Notes under the pieces: generated by a model
Databases searched by the model: none
What the model was told of the DNA's origin: nothing
The model's input: the letters and a program-made list of their open reading frames with translations, nothing else
Part shown: piece by piece, positions 55,102 through 64,000 of the stretch
How positions within the stretch are numbered: position 1 is the stretch's first letter
Layout: each line of letters starts with the position of its first letter
DNA from: Polaromonas sp.
GTDB lineage: Bacteria; Pseudomonadota; Gammaproteobacteria; Burkholderiales; Burkholderiaceae_C
Assembly (NCBI GenBank): GCA_031363755.1
Contig: JANLUZ010000122.1
Location: 3,631 to 67,630, forward strand
Direction of reading: 5' to 3'
Length of the DNA: 64,000 bases
Position numbers and translations under genes: made by a program

Positions 55102-56244
55102 ATGCAAGCACTCCAAATCTACGCCGGCCCCCAAGCCCGCCAGCACATCGCCGAACACGGCCTGCAGCCGGGCGATGTCGGCGTTATCCCCGGTGCGGCG
55201 GGCGGGCCGAAAGGCCTGATTCTCGGGCCGCTGGACCGCTTTATTTTTGGCGACTTTCTGGCCCGGTCTGGGCACCCGGTAAATCTGGTCGGTGCGTCCA
55301 TCGGCGCGTGGCGCATGGCCACGGCCTGTTTGAACCAGCCGGTGACGGCCTTCAAACGGCTGGAGCGCGACTACATCGCCCAGCATTACGAGCTGCAGCC
55401 GGGCCAAAAGCGGCCAACAGCTGACTTTGTGAGTGAAAAGTTCAGCGAAAGCTTAGCCAGCTTTTATGGCGGCCGCGTGACCGAAGTCTTGAGCCACCCG
55501 CGCTACAAGCTGCACATCGTCACGTCCCGCGGGCGGCATCTGCTGGGGCGTGAGCACAAAGTTGCGACGCCCTTGGGTTACCTGGGCGCATTTCTGACCA
55601 ACAGTTTGAGCCGCAAGGCCATGGGCGCCTGGCTGGAGCGGGTGGTGTTTTCAACCGCAGGCGCGGCGCTGCCGTTTGCCACCAGCGACTACAAAACGCG
55701 GCAGATCGCTTTGAGTGAAGCCAACTTCAACCTCGCGCTGCAAGCCAGCTGCTCAATTCCATTTGTGCTGCGCTCGGTGCAGGGCATTCCCGGCGCGCCG
55801 CCCGGCGCGTACTGGGACGGCGGCATCACCGACTACCATCTGCACCTGAACTACAACGCTCCTGATTTAATAGCTACTCAGGCAGTAAACACCTTGACTA
55901 GAGGCACTTTTAATACAAAAAACACGCCGGGAGCCGGAAAAATCGTGCTGTACCCGCATTTTCAGAAGGCCGTGGTGCCCGGCTGGCTCGACAAACACCT
56001 GGCCTGGCGGCATCAATCTACCCATTTCCTGGACCATATGGTGCTGCTGGCCCCCAACCCGGAATGGGTCAAAACCCTGCCCAACGGCAAGCTGCCTGAC
56101 CGGACCGACTTCACCCACTACGGCCCAGACCTACCCGGCAGGGTACGCGCGTGGACAGCAGCGGTCAGCGCCAGTCAACAGATGGCCGATGAGTTTGCAG
56201 CCTGGCTGGACAGGCCGGAATTGATGCGGGTAGAGTGCCTGTAA
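55102..56244 (+). CDS. Patatin-like phospholipase family protein
   Basis: GAAGGPKG, GASIG nucleophile, ASCSIP, WDGG. Confidence 0.85.
   Translation: MQALQIYAGPQARQHIAEHGLQPGDVGVIPGAAGGPKGLILGPLDRFIFGDFLARSGHPVNLVGASIGAWRMATACLNQPVTAFKRLERDYIAQHYELQPGQKRPTADFVSEKFSESLASFYGGRVTEVLSHPRYKLHIVTSRGRHLLGREHKVATPLGYLGAFLTNSLSRKAMGAWLERVVFSTAGAALPFATSDYKTRQIALSEANFNLALQASCSIPFVLRSVQGIPGAPPGAYWDGGITDYHLHLNYNAPDLIATQAVNTLTRGTFNTKNTPGAGKIVLYPHFQKAVVPGWLDKHLAWRHQSTHFLDHMVLLAPNPEWVKTLPNGKLPDRTDFTHYGPDLPGRVRAWTAAVSASQQMADEFAAWLDRPELMRVECL
55858..55911 (-). repeat. Repeat family A copy inserted in frame in the patatin gene
   Basis: Reverse complement AAAAGTGCCTCTAGTCAAGGTGTTTACTGCCTGAGTAGCTATTAAATCAGGAGC; local AT-rich patch within a GC-rich CDS. 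Confidence 0.85.
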
Positions 56245-56266
56245 TTCCTTCACATCCGGACAGCGC

Positions 56267-57451
56267 ATGACCACACCGCATTCTTCCCCGCAACCCTCCG
56301 CCGACGTGATGGCCATGATCGAGCGCCTGATTGCATTCCCCACCGTCTCGCGCGACTCTAACCTCGGCCTGATCGAATGGACGCGTGACTACCTGGCGGG
56401 CTTGGGCGTGCAGTCGCGCCTGACGTATGACGCCACTGGTAAAAAAGCCAACCTGTTTGCCACCGTGGGTGGCGGCAGCCGACCGGGCCTGGTGCTGTCG
56501 GGCCACACCGATGTGGTGCCAGTGGAAGGGCAGGCCTGGGACACCGACCCGTTCAAAGCCACTATCGTGGGTGACAAACTCTACGGGCGCGGGGTGGCTG
56601 ACATGAAAAGCTACATCGCCACGGCCCTGGTCATGGTGCCCAAGTACCTGGCTGCCAATGCGGACGCGCCGCTGCACCTGGCGCTGTCGTACGACGAAGA
56701 GGTCGGCTGCATCGGCGTACGTGGGCTGATCAAAGACCTGCAAGACATAGGCCTGAAAACCGCTGGCTGCATTGTTGGGGAGCCGACCATGATGCAACCC
56801 ATCATTGCGCACAAGGGCACGCACCGTTTTCGCTGCTGCATCACTGGGCGTGAAGCGCATTCAAGCTACACCACGCAGGGTGTCAATTCGATTGAATACG
56901 CGGCGCGCATCATCGTCTACATCCGCCAGATGGCTGACCGATTGGCTCAGCTGGAAACCCGTGACTACGCCTTCACCGTGCCCTACACCACCTTGCAAAC
57001 CGGCACCATCAAGGGCGGGCTGGCGTCCAACATCGTGCCCAAAGACTGTGAGTTCCAGTTCGAAGCGCGCACCATGCCCGGCGCCTCGGCCGACCGCCTG
57101 TTCCAGGAAATCAAGGACTTTGCAGCCACGCTGCTGCCCGAAATGCAGCGCATCGAGCCCAACGCCGCCATTCACCTGGAAGCACTGGCGTCGGCTCCGG
57201 GCATGAGCATGCAGGAAAGCGACGACATCGTGAAACTGGCAGCCGCCTTGTCGCGCAACAAGGCCAACGGCGCGGTGTCGTACGGCACCGAAGGCGGCTT
57301 GTTCCAGCAGGCCGGTATTCCCACCGTGATCTGTGGCCCCGGGGACATCGAGCAGGCCCACCGGCCGAATGAATTTGCCACCCTGGCCCAACTTGCCCAG
57401 TGCGAGGCCTTTATGCATCGCCTGATTGAGTCAGAATCAAACACCCGCTAA
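56267..57451 (+). CDS. argE: Acetylornithine deacetylase (M20 family)
   Basis: FPTVSRDSN, LSGHTDVVP, GRGVADMK, SYDEEVGC, GEPT, HKG, CGPGDIEQAHRPNEF. Confidence 0.92.
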   Translation: MTTPHSSPQPSADVMAMIERLIAFPTVSRDSNLGLIEWTRDYLAGLGVQSRLTYDATGKKANLFATVGGGSRPGLVLSGHTDVVPVEGQAWDTDPFKATIVGDKLYGRGVADMKSYIATALVMVPKYLAANADAPLHLALSYDEEVGCIGVRGLIKDLQDIGLKTAGCIVGEPTMMQPIIAHKGTHRFRCCITGREAHSSYTTQGVNSIEYAARIIVYIRQMADRLAQLETRDYAFTVPYTTLQTGTIKGGLASNIVPKDCEFQFEARTMPGASADRLFQEIKDFAATLLPEMQRIEPNAAIHLEALASAPGMSMQESDDIVKLAAALSRNKANGAVSYGTEGGLFQQAGIPTVICGPGDIEQAHRPNEFATLAQLAQCEAFMHRLIESESNTR

Positions 57452-57524
57452 CCGCAGGTCTTCTGTGTGCCGCTTATCCATCGGCATGTTTTTTAACGTG
57501 AATCTGTCTACCAGGCAAGCACCC

Positions 57525-59597
57525 ATGAAATTTTTTGCATTGAGCGTTCCCGCTTTACTCATTGCCGCCAGCATCGGCATGCCCGCACATTCGGCTGAAC
57601 CCGCCGCTGCCGCTGCAGCGTCCAGGAAGACTGTGGGTCTGTCGTCCGGCTTGTTTCCGGCCTACGTTGACACCCACGTCAAGCCGCAAGACGACTTTTT
57701 TAGGCACGTCAACGGCCACTGGCTCAACCACACCGAAATTCCCGGAGACAAGTCTGGCGCTGGCGCGTTTTTGGACCTGCGTGAAGCCACGTTGCCCCAA
57801 CTGCGCGCCATCATTGAGGCCAGCGCCAAAGCAAACGGCACCGCTGCTGGCTCAGAGGCGCAAAAAATCGCCGACATGTACGCGTCTTTCATGGATGTTG
57901 CGGCCATTGAAGCCAAAGGGCTGAAGCCGCTGGAAAGCGACATCGCCAGGATCGCGGCACTGACCGACAAGGCACAGATTCCGGCCCTGATGGCCTACCT
58001 CAACACAATGCAGGTGAACGTGCCTTACGACATCGGCATTCACCAGGACGCCAAGGATTCGTCGATGTACGTCGCCGACGTAGCGCAAAGTGGTCTGGGC
58101 CTGCCTGACCGCGACTATTACCTGCTGGACGGCGACGTGCGCCTCAAAGACGCCCGTATCAAGTACGTGGCCCATATCGAAAAAATGCTGGCCATGATGG
58201 GCGACAAGGACGCCGCCAAGAGCGCGGCGGACATCCTGACGCTGGAGACCGCGTTGGCCCAGGCGCAATGGACCAAAGTTGAAAACCGCGACCCGGTCAA
58301 GACTTACAACCGCGTCGAACTTGCCCAGCTTGACGCCTTGACGCCCGGCTACGACATGAATGCTTTTTTGGCGGCCCTGGGCATTAAGGACAAGGTCACC
58401 TACGTGGTGGTCAGCCAGCCGAGTTATCTGAGCGGCTTCAGCAAGCTCCTGCAAAGCACACCGCTGGACACGTGGAAAACCTACTTTCGGTGGCACCTGC
58501 TCAGCGCCTCCAGCAGCACGCTGCCCAAAGCGTTTGCCGATGAGAGCTTCGCCTTCAATTCGACGGTGTTGAACGGTATTCCGAAGCAGGAGGACCGCTG
58601 GAAGCGCGGCGTGCGCCTGGTCAACGGCACCATGGGCGAAAGCCTGGGCAAGCTGTACGTCGAAAAGCATTTCCCGGCGGCCAGCAAGGCCCGCATGGAA
58701 ACGCTGGTGGCCAACCTGCTGGAAGCTTACCGCGAAAGCATCGACACCCTTGACTGGATGAGCCCGGCCACAAAGACCGAAGCCAAGGCCAAACTCGCCA
58801 CCTTCCGCCCGAAGATTGGCTACCCCAACAAATGGCGCAATTACGCGGCGCTTGACGTCGTCAAGGGGGACGCTTTAGGCAACGCGCAGCGCGCCGCCCG
58901 CTTTTCAGCCCAGTTTGAACTCAACAAGCTCGGCAAGCCGATTGACCGCGAAGAATGGGGCATGACACCGCAAACCGTCAACGCGTACTACAACCCGGAG
59001 ATGAACGAGATCGTGTTTCCGGCGGCGATTTTGCAGGCTCCGTTTTTCGACCCGAAAGCGGACGACGCTGTCAATTACGGCGGCATTGGCGCGGTGATCG
59101 GCCACGAGATCAGCCACGGTTTTGACGACCAAGGCTCGCAGTACGACGGCAAGGGCAATCTTCGCGACTGGTGGACGAAAGAAGACCACGAAAAGTTTGC
59201 TGCCAAGACATCGGTGCTGATCAAGCAGTACAGCGCCTTCAGCCCCTTGCCGGGTTACAGCGTCAACGGCGAGTTGACGCTGGGGGAAAACATCGCCGAC
59301 AACTCCGGCTTGGCCATTGCGTACAAAGCCTATAAGCTGTCGCTCAACGGCAAACCGGCTCCGGTGTTGAAAGGGTTGACGGGCGACCAGCGCTTTTTCA
59401 CCGGCTTTGCGCAGGTTTGGCGCGGCAAGACGCGGGACGAAGCCACCATCGTGCGCATCAAGACCGACCCGCATTCACCGGCGGAATTTCGGGCCAACGG
59501 CACCCTGCGCAACATGCCCGGCTTTTACCAGTCGTTTGGCGTGAAAGAGGGCGACAAGATGTACCTGGCGCCGAAGGACCGGGTGTCGATCTGGTGA
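57525..59597 (+). CDS. M13 family zinc metallopeptidase (neprilysin/PepO-like), exported
   Basis: Signal peptide; PQDDFFRHVNG, VNAYY, GHEISH, GENIAD, DPHSP. Confidence 0.95.
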   Translation: MKFFALSVPALLIAASIGMPAHSAEPAAAAAASRKTVGLSSGLFPAYVDTHVKPQDDFFRHVNGHWLNHTEIPGDKSGAGAFLDLREATLPQLRAIIEASAKANGTAAGSEAQKIADMYASFMDVAAIEAKGLKPLESDIARIAALTDKAQIPALMAYLNTMQVNVPYDIGIHQDAKDSSMYVADVAQSGLGLPDRDYYLLDGDVRLKDARIKYVAHIEKMLAMMGDKDAAKSAADILTLETALAQAQWTKVENRDPVKTYNRVELAQLDALTPGYDMNAFLAALGIKDKVTYVVVSQPSYLSGFSKLLQSTPLDTWKTYFRWHLLSASSSTLPKAFADESFAFNSTVLNGIPKQEDRWKRGVRLVNGTMGESLGKLYVEKHFPAASKARMETLVANLLEAYRESIDTLDWMSPATKTEAKAKLATFRPKIGYPNKWRNYAALDVVKGDALGNAQRAARFSAQFELNKLGKPIDREEWGMTPQTVNAYYNPEMNEIVFPAAILQAPFFDPKADDAVNYGGIGAVIGHEISHGFDDQGSQYDGKGNLRDWWTKEDHEKFAAKTSVLIKQYSAFSPLPGYSVNGELTLGENIADNSGLAIAYKAYKLSLNGKPAPVLKGLTGDQRFFTGFAQVWRGKTRDEATIVRIKTDPHSPAEFRANGTLRNMPGFYQSFGVKEGDKMYLAPKDRVSIW

Positions 59598-59614
59598 TGT
59601 AGTTCTGCCGGCAT

Positions 59615-59656
59615 AAAAAGGCCCGCACCGACTGTCTGGTCGGAACGGGCCTTTTT
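59615..59656. terminator. Bidirectional intrinsic terminator
   Basis: AAAAAGGCCCG...CGGGCCTTTTT between convergent genes. Confidence 0.85.
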
Positions 59657-59667
59657 GCGGTTGACGT

Positions 59668-60804
59668 TCAGAACGAAGTCACCAACATGGCCTCATATTC
59701 CTCTGCACTGGCCAGTCGCGGGTTCGTCTTGTGGCAGTGGTCAGCCAGCGCGCCCTTGATGATCTGGTCGAACTGGCTGCGCTGCACGCCCATGGCGGCA
59801 AGGCCCGTAGGCAGCCCAAGACGGGCATTCATGTCAATGATCGCCTCCGCCACGTCGCCACCCGATGCGAGCCCCATGGCGTACGCCATGCGCGCCAGCC
59901 GATGCTCACGCTTGAGGGATTCAACTTCGGCGTTGAAACGCACCACAGCGGGTAAAAACATGGCGTTCAGCGTGCCGTGGTGCAGGCGCGGGTCAACGCC
60001 GCCCAGGCTGTGGCTGAGGGAATGCACACAGCCCAGCCCCTTTTGAAACGCCATGGCGCCTTGCATGGAGGCGCTCATGAGGTGGAACCGGGCTTCCCGG
60101 TCGCTGCCGTCTCGGGTGGCGCGTTCAATGTGCGCCCATCCGCGGGCCAAGCCGTCCAATGCAATGCCATCGGCCGGTGGGTTGAAGGCGGCCGACATGA
60201 AGGTCTCCATGCAATGCGCGATGGCGTCCATGCCGGTGGCGGCTGTCAGGCGGGGCGGCAAGCCAAGCGTCAGGTCCGGGTCGCAAATGGCGGCTTTTGG
60301 CAACAAGTGCCACGAGTGAAAGCCGAGCTTGCGGTGGTCGTTCACAATGATAATGGCGCCACGCGCCACCTCGCTGCCGGTGCCGCTGGTGGTGGGCACG
60401 GCAATCAGCGGTGCGGCCCGGTCGGTGATCAGGCCTGAGCCGCCTTCGATGGTGGCGTAGCGAGTGAGTGGCCCGTCGTGCGTGACGACAATGGCTACTG
60501 CCTTGGCGCAATCCATCGCCGAGCCTCCGCCCACTGCGATCAGGCCGTCGCAGCCGCTGGCGGTGTACAGGGCGGCGGCGGCCATCACGGCGGCTTCGGT
60601 CGGGTTGGAAGGCGTCTGGTCAAACACCGTCACCGTCATGCCGGGCAGAGCGTCGAGTGCTTTTTGCAATACGCCGGCCGCTTTGACGCCCTGGTCTGTG
60701 ACCACCAACGGCCTGGTGATGCCCACGCGCTCGCATTCGCTTTTGAGCAGCGCAATCGCGCCGTGGTCAAACTGGATGTGGGTGAGGTAATAAATCAGGG
60801 CCAT
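59668..60804 (-). CDS. Iron-containing alcohol dehydrogenase
   Basis: GGGSAMD, PTTSGTGSE, GMDAIAHCME, HSLSH, HHGTLN. Confidence 0.92.
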   Translation of the reverse strand: MALIYYLTHIQFDHGAIALLKSECERVGITRPLVVTDQGVKAAGVLQKALDALPGMTVTVFDQTPSNPTEAAVMAAAALYTASGCDGLIAVGGGSAMDCAKAVAIVVTHDGPLTRYATIEGGSGLITDRAAPLIAVPTTSGTGSEVARGAIIIVNDHRKLGFHSWHLLPKAAICDPDLTLGLPPRLTAATGMDAIAHCMETFMSAAFNPPADGIALDGLARGWAHIERATRDGSDREARFHLMSASMQGAMAFQKGLGCVHSLSHSLGGVDPRLHHGTLNAMFLPAVVRFNAEVESLKREHRLARMAYAMGLASGGDVAEAIIDMNARLGLPTGLAAMGVQRSQFDQIIKGALADHCHKTNPRLASAEEYEAMLVTSF

Positions 60805-60860
60805 GGCAATCAACTTTCGGCGTTGTACAGTGCTGCGACTCTACTAGCCCGCTGCCCCGA

Positions 60861-61820
60861 ATGACCCGCAAGCAAACCCTGACCCCCGCCATGCAAGGTG
60901 TTTTAGACCGCATGGCAAGACTTGACCGCAGCAAGCGGCCGCACCTGCATCACCTGAGCCCGCAACAAGCGCGCGCAGCCTATGCGGCCGGGGCGGATGT
61001 GCTGGAAATACCCAAGCCGATGTTGGCCCGGGTCGATCGTCTGGTGATCCCGGCGCGGGACGGCACTGCGTTGCCCGCCGCGCTGTATGCGCCCGCGCTC
61101 ATGGCTGGCGGAAAGCTGCCAGCGTTGGTCTTCTTTCACGGCGGCGGGTTTGTGGTCGGCAGCGTCGCCACACACGACATTTTGTGCCGCCGCTTGGCCG
61201 AAGCTGCAGGGTGTGCCGTAGTGTCTGTGGACTACCGGCTGGCGCCCGAACACCGCTTTCCGACAGCTGCCAATGACGCCTGGGATGCGTTGCAGTGGCT
61301 TGCCGCCAACGGCCAAAGCCTCGGAATTGACACCACGCGGCTGGCGGTCGGCGGAGACAGCGCTGGCGGCACACTGGCCGCTGTGTGCGCCGTGATGGCG
61401 CGTGACGCCGCATTGCCACTGGCCCTTCAATTGTTGTTTTACCCCGGCTGCGCTGCCCACCAGGACACACTGTCGCACCGCGAATTCGCCCAAGGACTGG
61501 TGCTGGAGGCGGCACAAATCACCTGGTTCTTTGACCTGTATGTGCGCAGCGCCTTTGATCGCGACGACTGGCGGTTTTCACCGCTCAATGCGCCCGATGT
61601 GGAAGGCGTTGCACCCGCCTGGTTCGGCCTGGCCGAGGTGGACCCACTGGTGGACGAAGGCGTGCTGTACGCCGACAAATTGCGTGCCGCTGGTGTGGCG
61701 GTCGACCTGGAAATCTACCGGGGCGTCACGCATGAGTTCATCAAAATGGGGCGCGTCATTGCGCAAGCCCATCAGGCGCATGCCGATGCAGCCCAGGCCC
61801 TTCGCCGCGCCTTCAACTGA
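60861..61820 (+). CDS. Alpha/beta hydrolase (HSL-family esterase)
   Basis: FFHGGG, DYRLAPEH, GDSAGG, EVDPL, HEF. Confidence 0.92.
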   Translation: MTRKQTLTPAMQGVLDRMARLDRSKRPHLHHLSPQQARAAYAAGADVLEIPKPMLARVDRLVIPARDGTALPAALYAPALMAGGKLPALVFFHGGGFVVGSVATHDILCRRLAEAAGCAVVSVDYRLAPEHRFPTAANDAWDALQWLAANGQSLGIDTTRLAVGGDSAGGTLAAVCAVMARDAALPLALQLLFYPGCAAHQDTLSHREFAQGLVLEAAQITWFFDLYVRSAFDRDDWRFSPLNAPDVEGVAPAWFGLAEVDPLVDEGVLYADKLRAAGVAVDLEIYRGVTHEFIKMGRVIAQAHQAHADAAQALRRAFN

Positions 61821-61856
61821 GCCCTTACCCTGACCCTCACCGTACGGATAACCATC

Positions 61857-62744
61857 ATGACCACCGACTCGAAACCCTTCAGGTTCTCACACCGCCTGCG
61901 CGTGCGCTGGGCGGAAGTCGATATGCAAAAAATCGTTTTCAATGCGCATTATTTGATGTACCTGGACACCGCCATTTCCGATTACTGGCGCGCATTGGCC
62001 ATGCCGTACGCCACGGCCATGGCGCAGCTGGGGGGTGACCTGTACGTCAAAAAAGCGACGCTGGAGTACCAAGGCTCAGCCCATTTTGATGACCAGCTTG
62101 ACGTGAATCTGCGCTGCGAGCGCGTCGGCACATCGTCCATCACGTTTGCCGGGCTGATCTCGCGTGCCGGTACGCCTCTGGTGTCAGCCGAGCTGATTTA
62201 CGTGTTCGCTGACCCCACGACGCAAACGTCGCGGCCGGTGCCAGTGCTTTTCAGGCAAATACTGAAGGCCTTTGAAGCCGGGGCGCCTATGGCGCGGGTT
62301 CAGCTCGGCCCCTGGACCACGCTTGAAGCGCAGGCCGCCAGCGTGCGGCAGGCCGTTTTTGTTCAGGAGCACGGCATTGCCGCCGCACTGGAGTGGGACC
62401 TGACGGACCTGACCGCGCTGCATGCCGTTGCCACCAACGGGTTGGGGCAGGTGGTGGGCACGGCGCGTATGTCACGCCAGGGCCCAGGGGTGGTGCGAAT
62501 TGGCCGCATGGCTATTGTTCGTGAACTGCGCGGTGCCGGCTTTGGCCAGCAGTTAGTCACAGCGCTAGAGCAGGCCGCGCTTGCGCGTGGAGACGACCAC
62601 GTTGTGCTGCACGCCCAGCGCAGCGCCCAGGGCTTTTACATGCGGCTGGGCTACACGCCGCGCGGTGAGACTTTCGAGGAAGTCGGCATTTCCCACATCG
62701 AGATGGTCAAACCCCTGGTGCCACCCACTGCATTGTGTGGGTGA
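61857..62744 (+). CDS. YbgC/FadM-type acyl-CoA thioesterase fused to a GNAT acetyltransferase
   Basis: RVRWAEVDMQKIVFNAHY N-domain; RQAVFVQE...RIGRMAI...RGAGFG...HAQ...FEEVGISHIEM C-domain. Confidence 0.88.
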   Translation: MTTDSKPFRFSHRLRVRWAEVDMQKIVFNAHYLMYLDTAISDYWRALAMPYATAMAQLGGDLYVKKATLEYQGSAHFDDQLDVNLRCERVGTSSITFAGLISRAGTPLVSAELIYVFADPTTQTSRPVPVLFRQILKAFEAGAPMARVQLGPWTTLEAQAASVRQAVFVQEHGIAAALEWDLTDLTALHAVATNGLGQVVGTARMSRQGPGVVRIGRMAIVRELRGAGFGQQLVTALEQAALARGDDHVVLHAQRSAQGFYMRLGYTPRGETFEEVGISHIEMVKPLVPPTALCG

Positions 62745-63639
62745 CCGCCGTGATGGGTAACGAGCCAGCGCATGGTTCGGAAAGCCCCGAATGTGCCGCA
62801 AAGGTTCGCTCTTCGGCCAGAATATCCCACGGGTCAGATGCGCAACAGCAAGCCGATGCCAGCAACACGGTACTGCTGCGGGTGCCATAGGAATGCTCAG
62901 GGAAATCAACGAACGCGCTGGACAGCGCCATCTCGACAGCCAGCGGCACACCGGTTGCCGGCAGTGCCTCTGGCGTGCAGCGCGTGCGGTTGCCTAAGGC
63001 TCGCCACAACGCGCCTTTGAGCGCATCGTCCGTGGTGCTGGTGCTGGTGCTGTCGGCGTGCAACAGTGCATCGGTCAATGCCGCTTTCAATCGCGTTGTT
63101 TTGGGCCACGGTGTGTCCAGCGCGGCGTTCGACAGGCCATACACGCCCGGCGGCAGCGACTGTATCGACCAACGGCGTTCGGTATTGCGAGTGGTGCTGT
63201 TCGACTGGCCGCGCTGATGAAAAATCCAGTGCCACTGGCCACGTGCCACATCACCCACCACCAGGTTGAAGCCGGCATAGGCCAAACCAGCGCTGCTGGC
63301 CTGCGCCTGCAGCGCCTCCACCATCGCAGCAGGCGTGGCGTCGTACCCCTCCAGCCAGCGGGTAACCAGGTTACCGCGAGAAACGAGCTTTGCCGATGCC
63401 GTAGGCGCCGATGGGTCGGGCTCCCGAACGTTGGTTAAAAAGGCGACTCTGCCGCTGGCGCTGGCACCCATCCAGGTGCCACCCGCCCGCAAATCCCGGC
63501 CCGACAGCACACTGGAGCCGTGCGGTGTTTGCCACAGCGCCAGCGGCGACGTCGGCCGCGCCCAGTACTCGTCGCGGTTGGCGGCAATCACCAGCGACCA
63601 GCGGGGGGATACCCCGAGTGCAAACGCAATCAGGCACAT
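62707..63639 (-). CDS. NRDE/TANGO2 family protein
   Basis: MCLI, NRDE, GGTWMG, SRGNLV, FNL, GLSN, YGTRSST. Confidence 0.92.
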   Translation of the reverse strand: MCLIAFALGVSPRWSLVIAANRDEYWARPTSPLALWQTPHGSSVLSGRDLRAGGTWMGASASGRVAFLTNVREPDPSAPTASAKLVSRGNLVTRWLEGYDATPAAMVEALQAQASSAGLAYAGFNLVVGDVARGQWHWIFHQRGQSNSTTRNTERRWSIQSLPPGVYGLSNAALDTPWPKTTRLKAALTDALLHADSTSTSTTDDALKGALWRALGNRTRCTPEALPATGVPLAVEMALSSAFVDFPEHSYGTRSSTVLLASACCCASDPWDILAEERTFAAHSGLSEPCAGSLPITAVTHTMQWVAPGV

Positions 63640-63676
63640 CTCAAGCCCAAAAAGCGCATCGCGACGGGGCTGTTAA

Positions 63677-64000
63677 TCAAATATCCTCGAGCAGCGCATA
63701 CGGCAACGGCAACAGCGACAGCACCGGGCCATCGGCCGCACCCAGCGTCAAACGCCCGTAACTTGCCGCCTTGGCCGCGTCTTCTGCTGCGGCGGTTTGC
63801 ATCGACACCAGGGCGTCAAACCCACCGGCCGGGTGGGGCGCGCTGGCCGCCACCAGGCCGCAAGGCTGCGACGCATCCGCAGCGTGGAAGACCTCGTCGC
63901 CCACCTGCGGCTCGCCTTCGAGGTGCGCCAGATAGGTGCGCCGCTTCAATGTGCCGCGAAACTGGCTGCGCGCCACGATTTCCTGGCCCGGATAACAGCC
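63677..64000 (-). CDS. ygfZ: Folate-binding protein YgfZ, C-terminal part (5' end outside window)
   Basis: Minus strand reads GCYPGQEIVARSQFRG (YgfZ signature) and ends LPYALLEDI. Confidence 0.9.
   Translation of the reverse strand, partial: GCYPGQEIVARSQFRGTLKRRTYLAHLEGEPQVGDEVFHAADASQPCGLVAASAPHPAGGFDALVSMQTAAAEDAAKAASYGRLTLGAADGPVLSLLPLPYALLEDI

Overview
Chromosomal segment of a GC-rich betaproteobacterium; gene content, order and repeat families point to Comamonadaceae (Polaromonas/Rhodoferax-like), which is an inference. It runs from the 3' part of purL to the 3' part of ygfZ, with about 55 genes. Blocks: a lipase-OmpW-hydrolase operon (1.9-5.3 kb); ppiC/bolA/ispZ/msrB/selO housekeeping genes; an acyl-CoA/beta-oxidation cluster with an embedded Liv-type ABC transporter (10.4-28.5 kb); a stress island with two tandem Crp/Fnr regulators and seven copies of a TGTNCG-N4-CGYACA-type palindrome (29.4-41.1 kb); serA; then tex, a RelE/ParE-type TA pair and metabolic genes. 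The top candidate for a new system is 43.4-51.3 kb. It encodes a secreted protein with seven ~40-aa Gln/Asn/Ser repeats and a C-terminal CxxC (functional-amyloid or beta-solenoid-like), a small secreted partner, a CsgG/HfaB-like lipoprotein fused to peptidoglycan-binding and DUF4384 domains, and a Sel1-repeat protein. A NarL/LuxR two-component pair is transcribed divergently across an AT-rich region. This looks like a non-canonical curli/Fap-like (type VIII-like) fibre system. At least three families of short dispersed palindromic repeats are present, some inserted in frame inside genes. No rRNA, tRNA, CRISPR array, transposase or integrase was recognised. All family assignments come from motif recognition by eye, not database searches.
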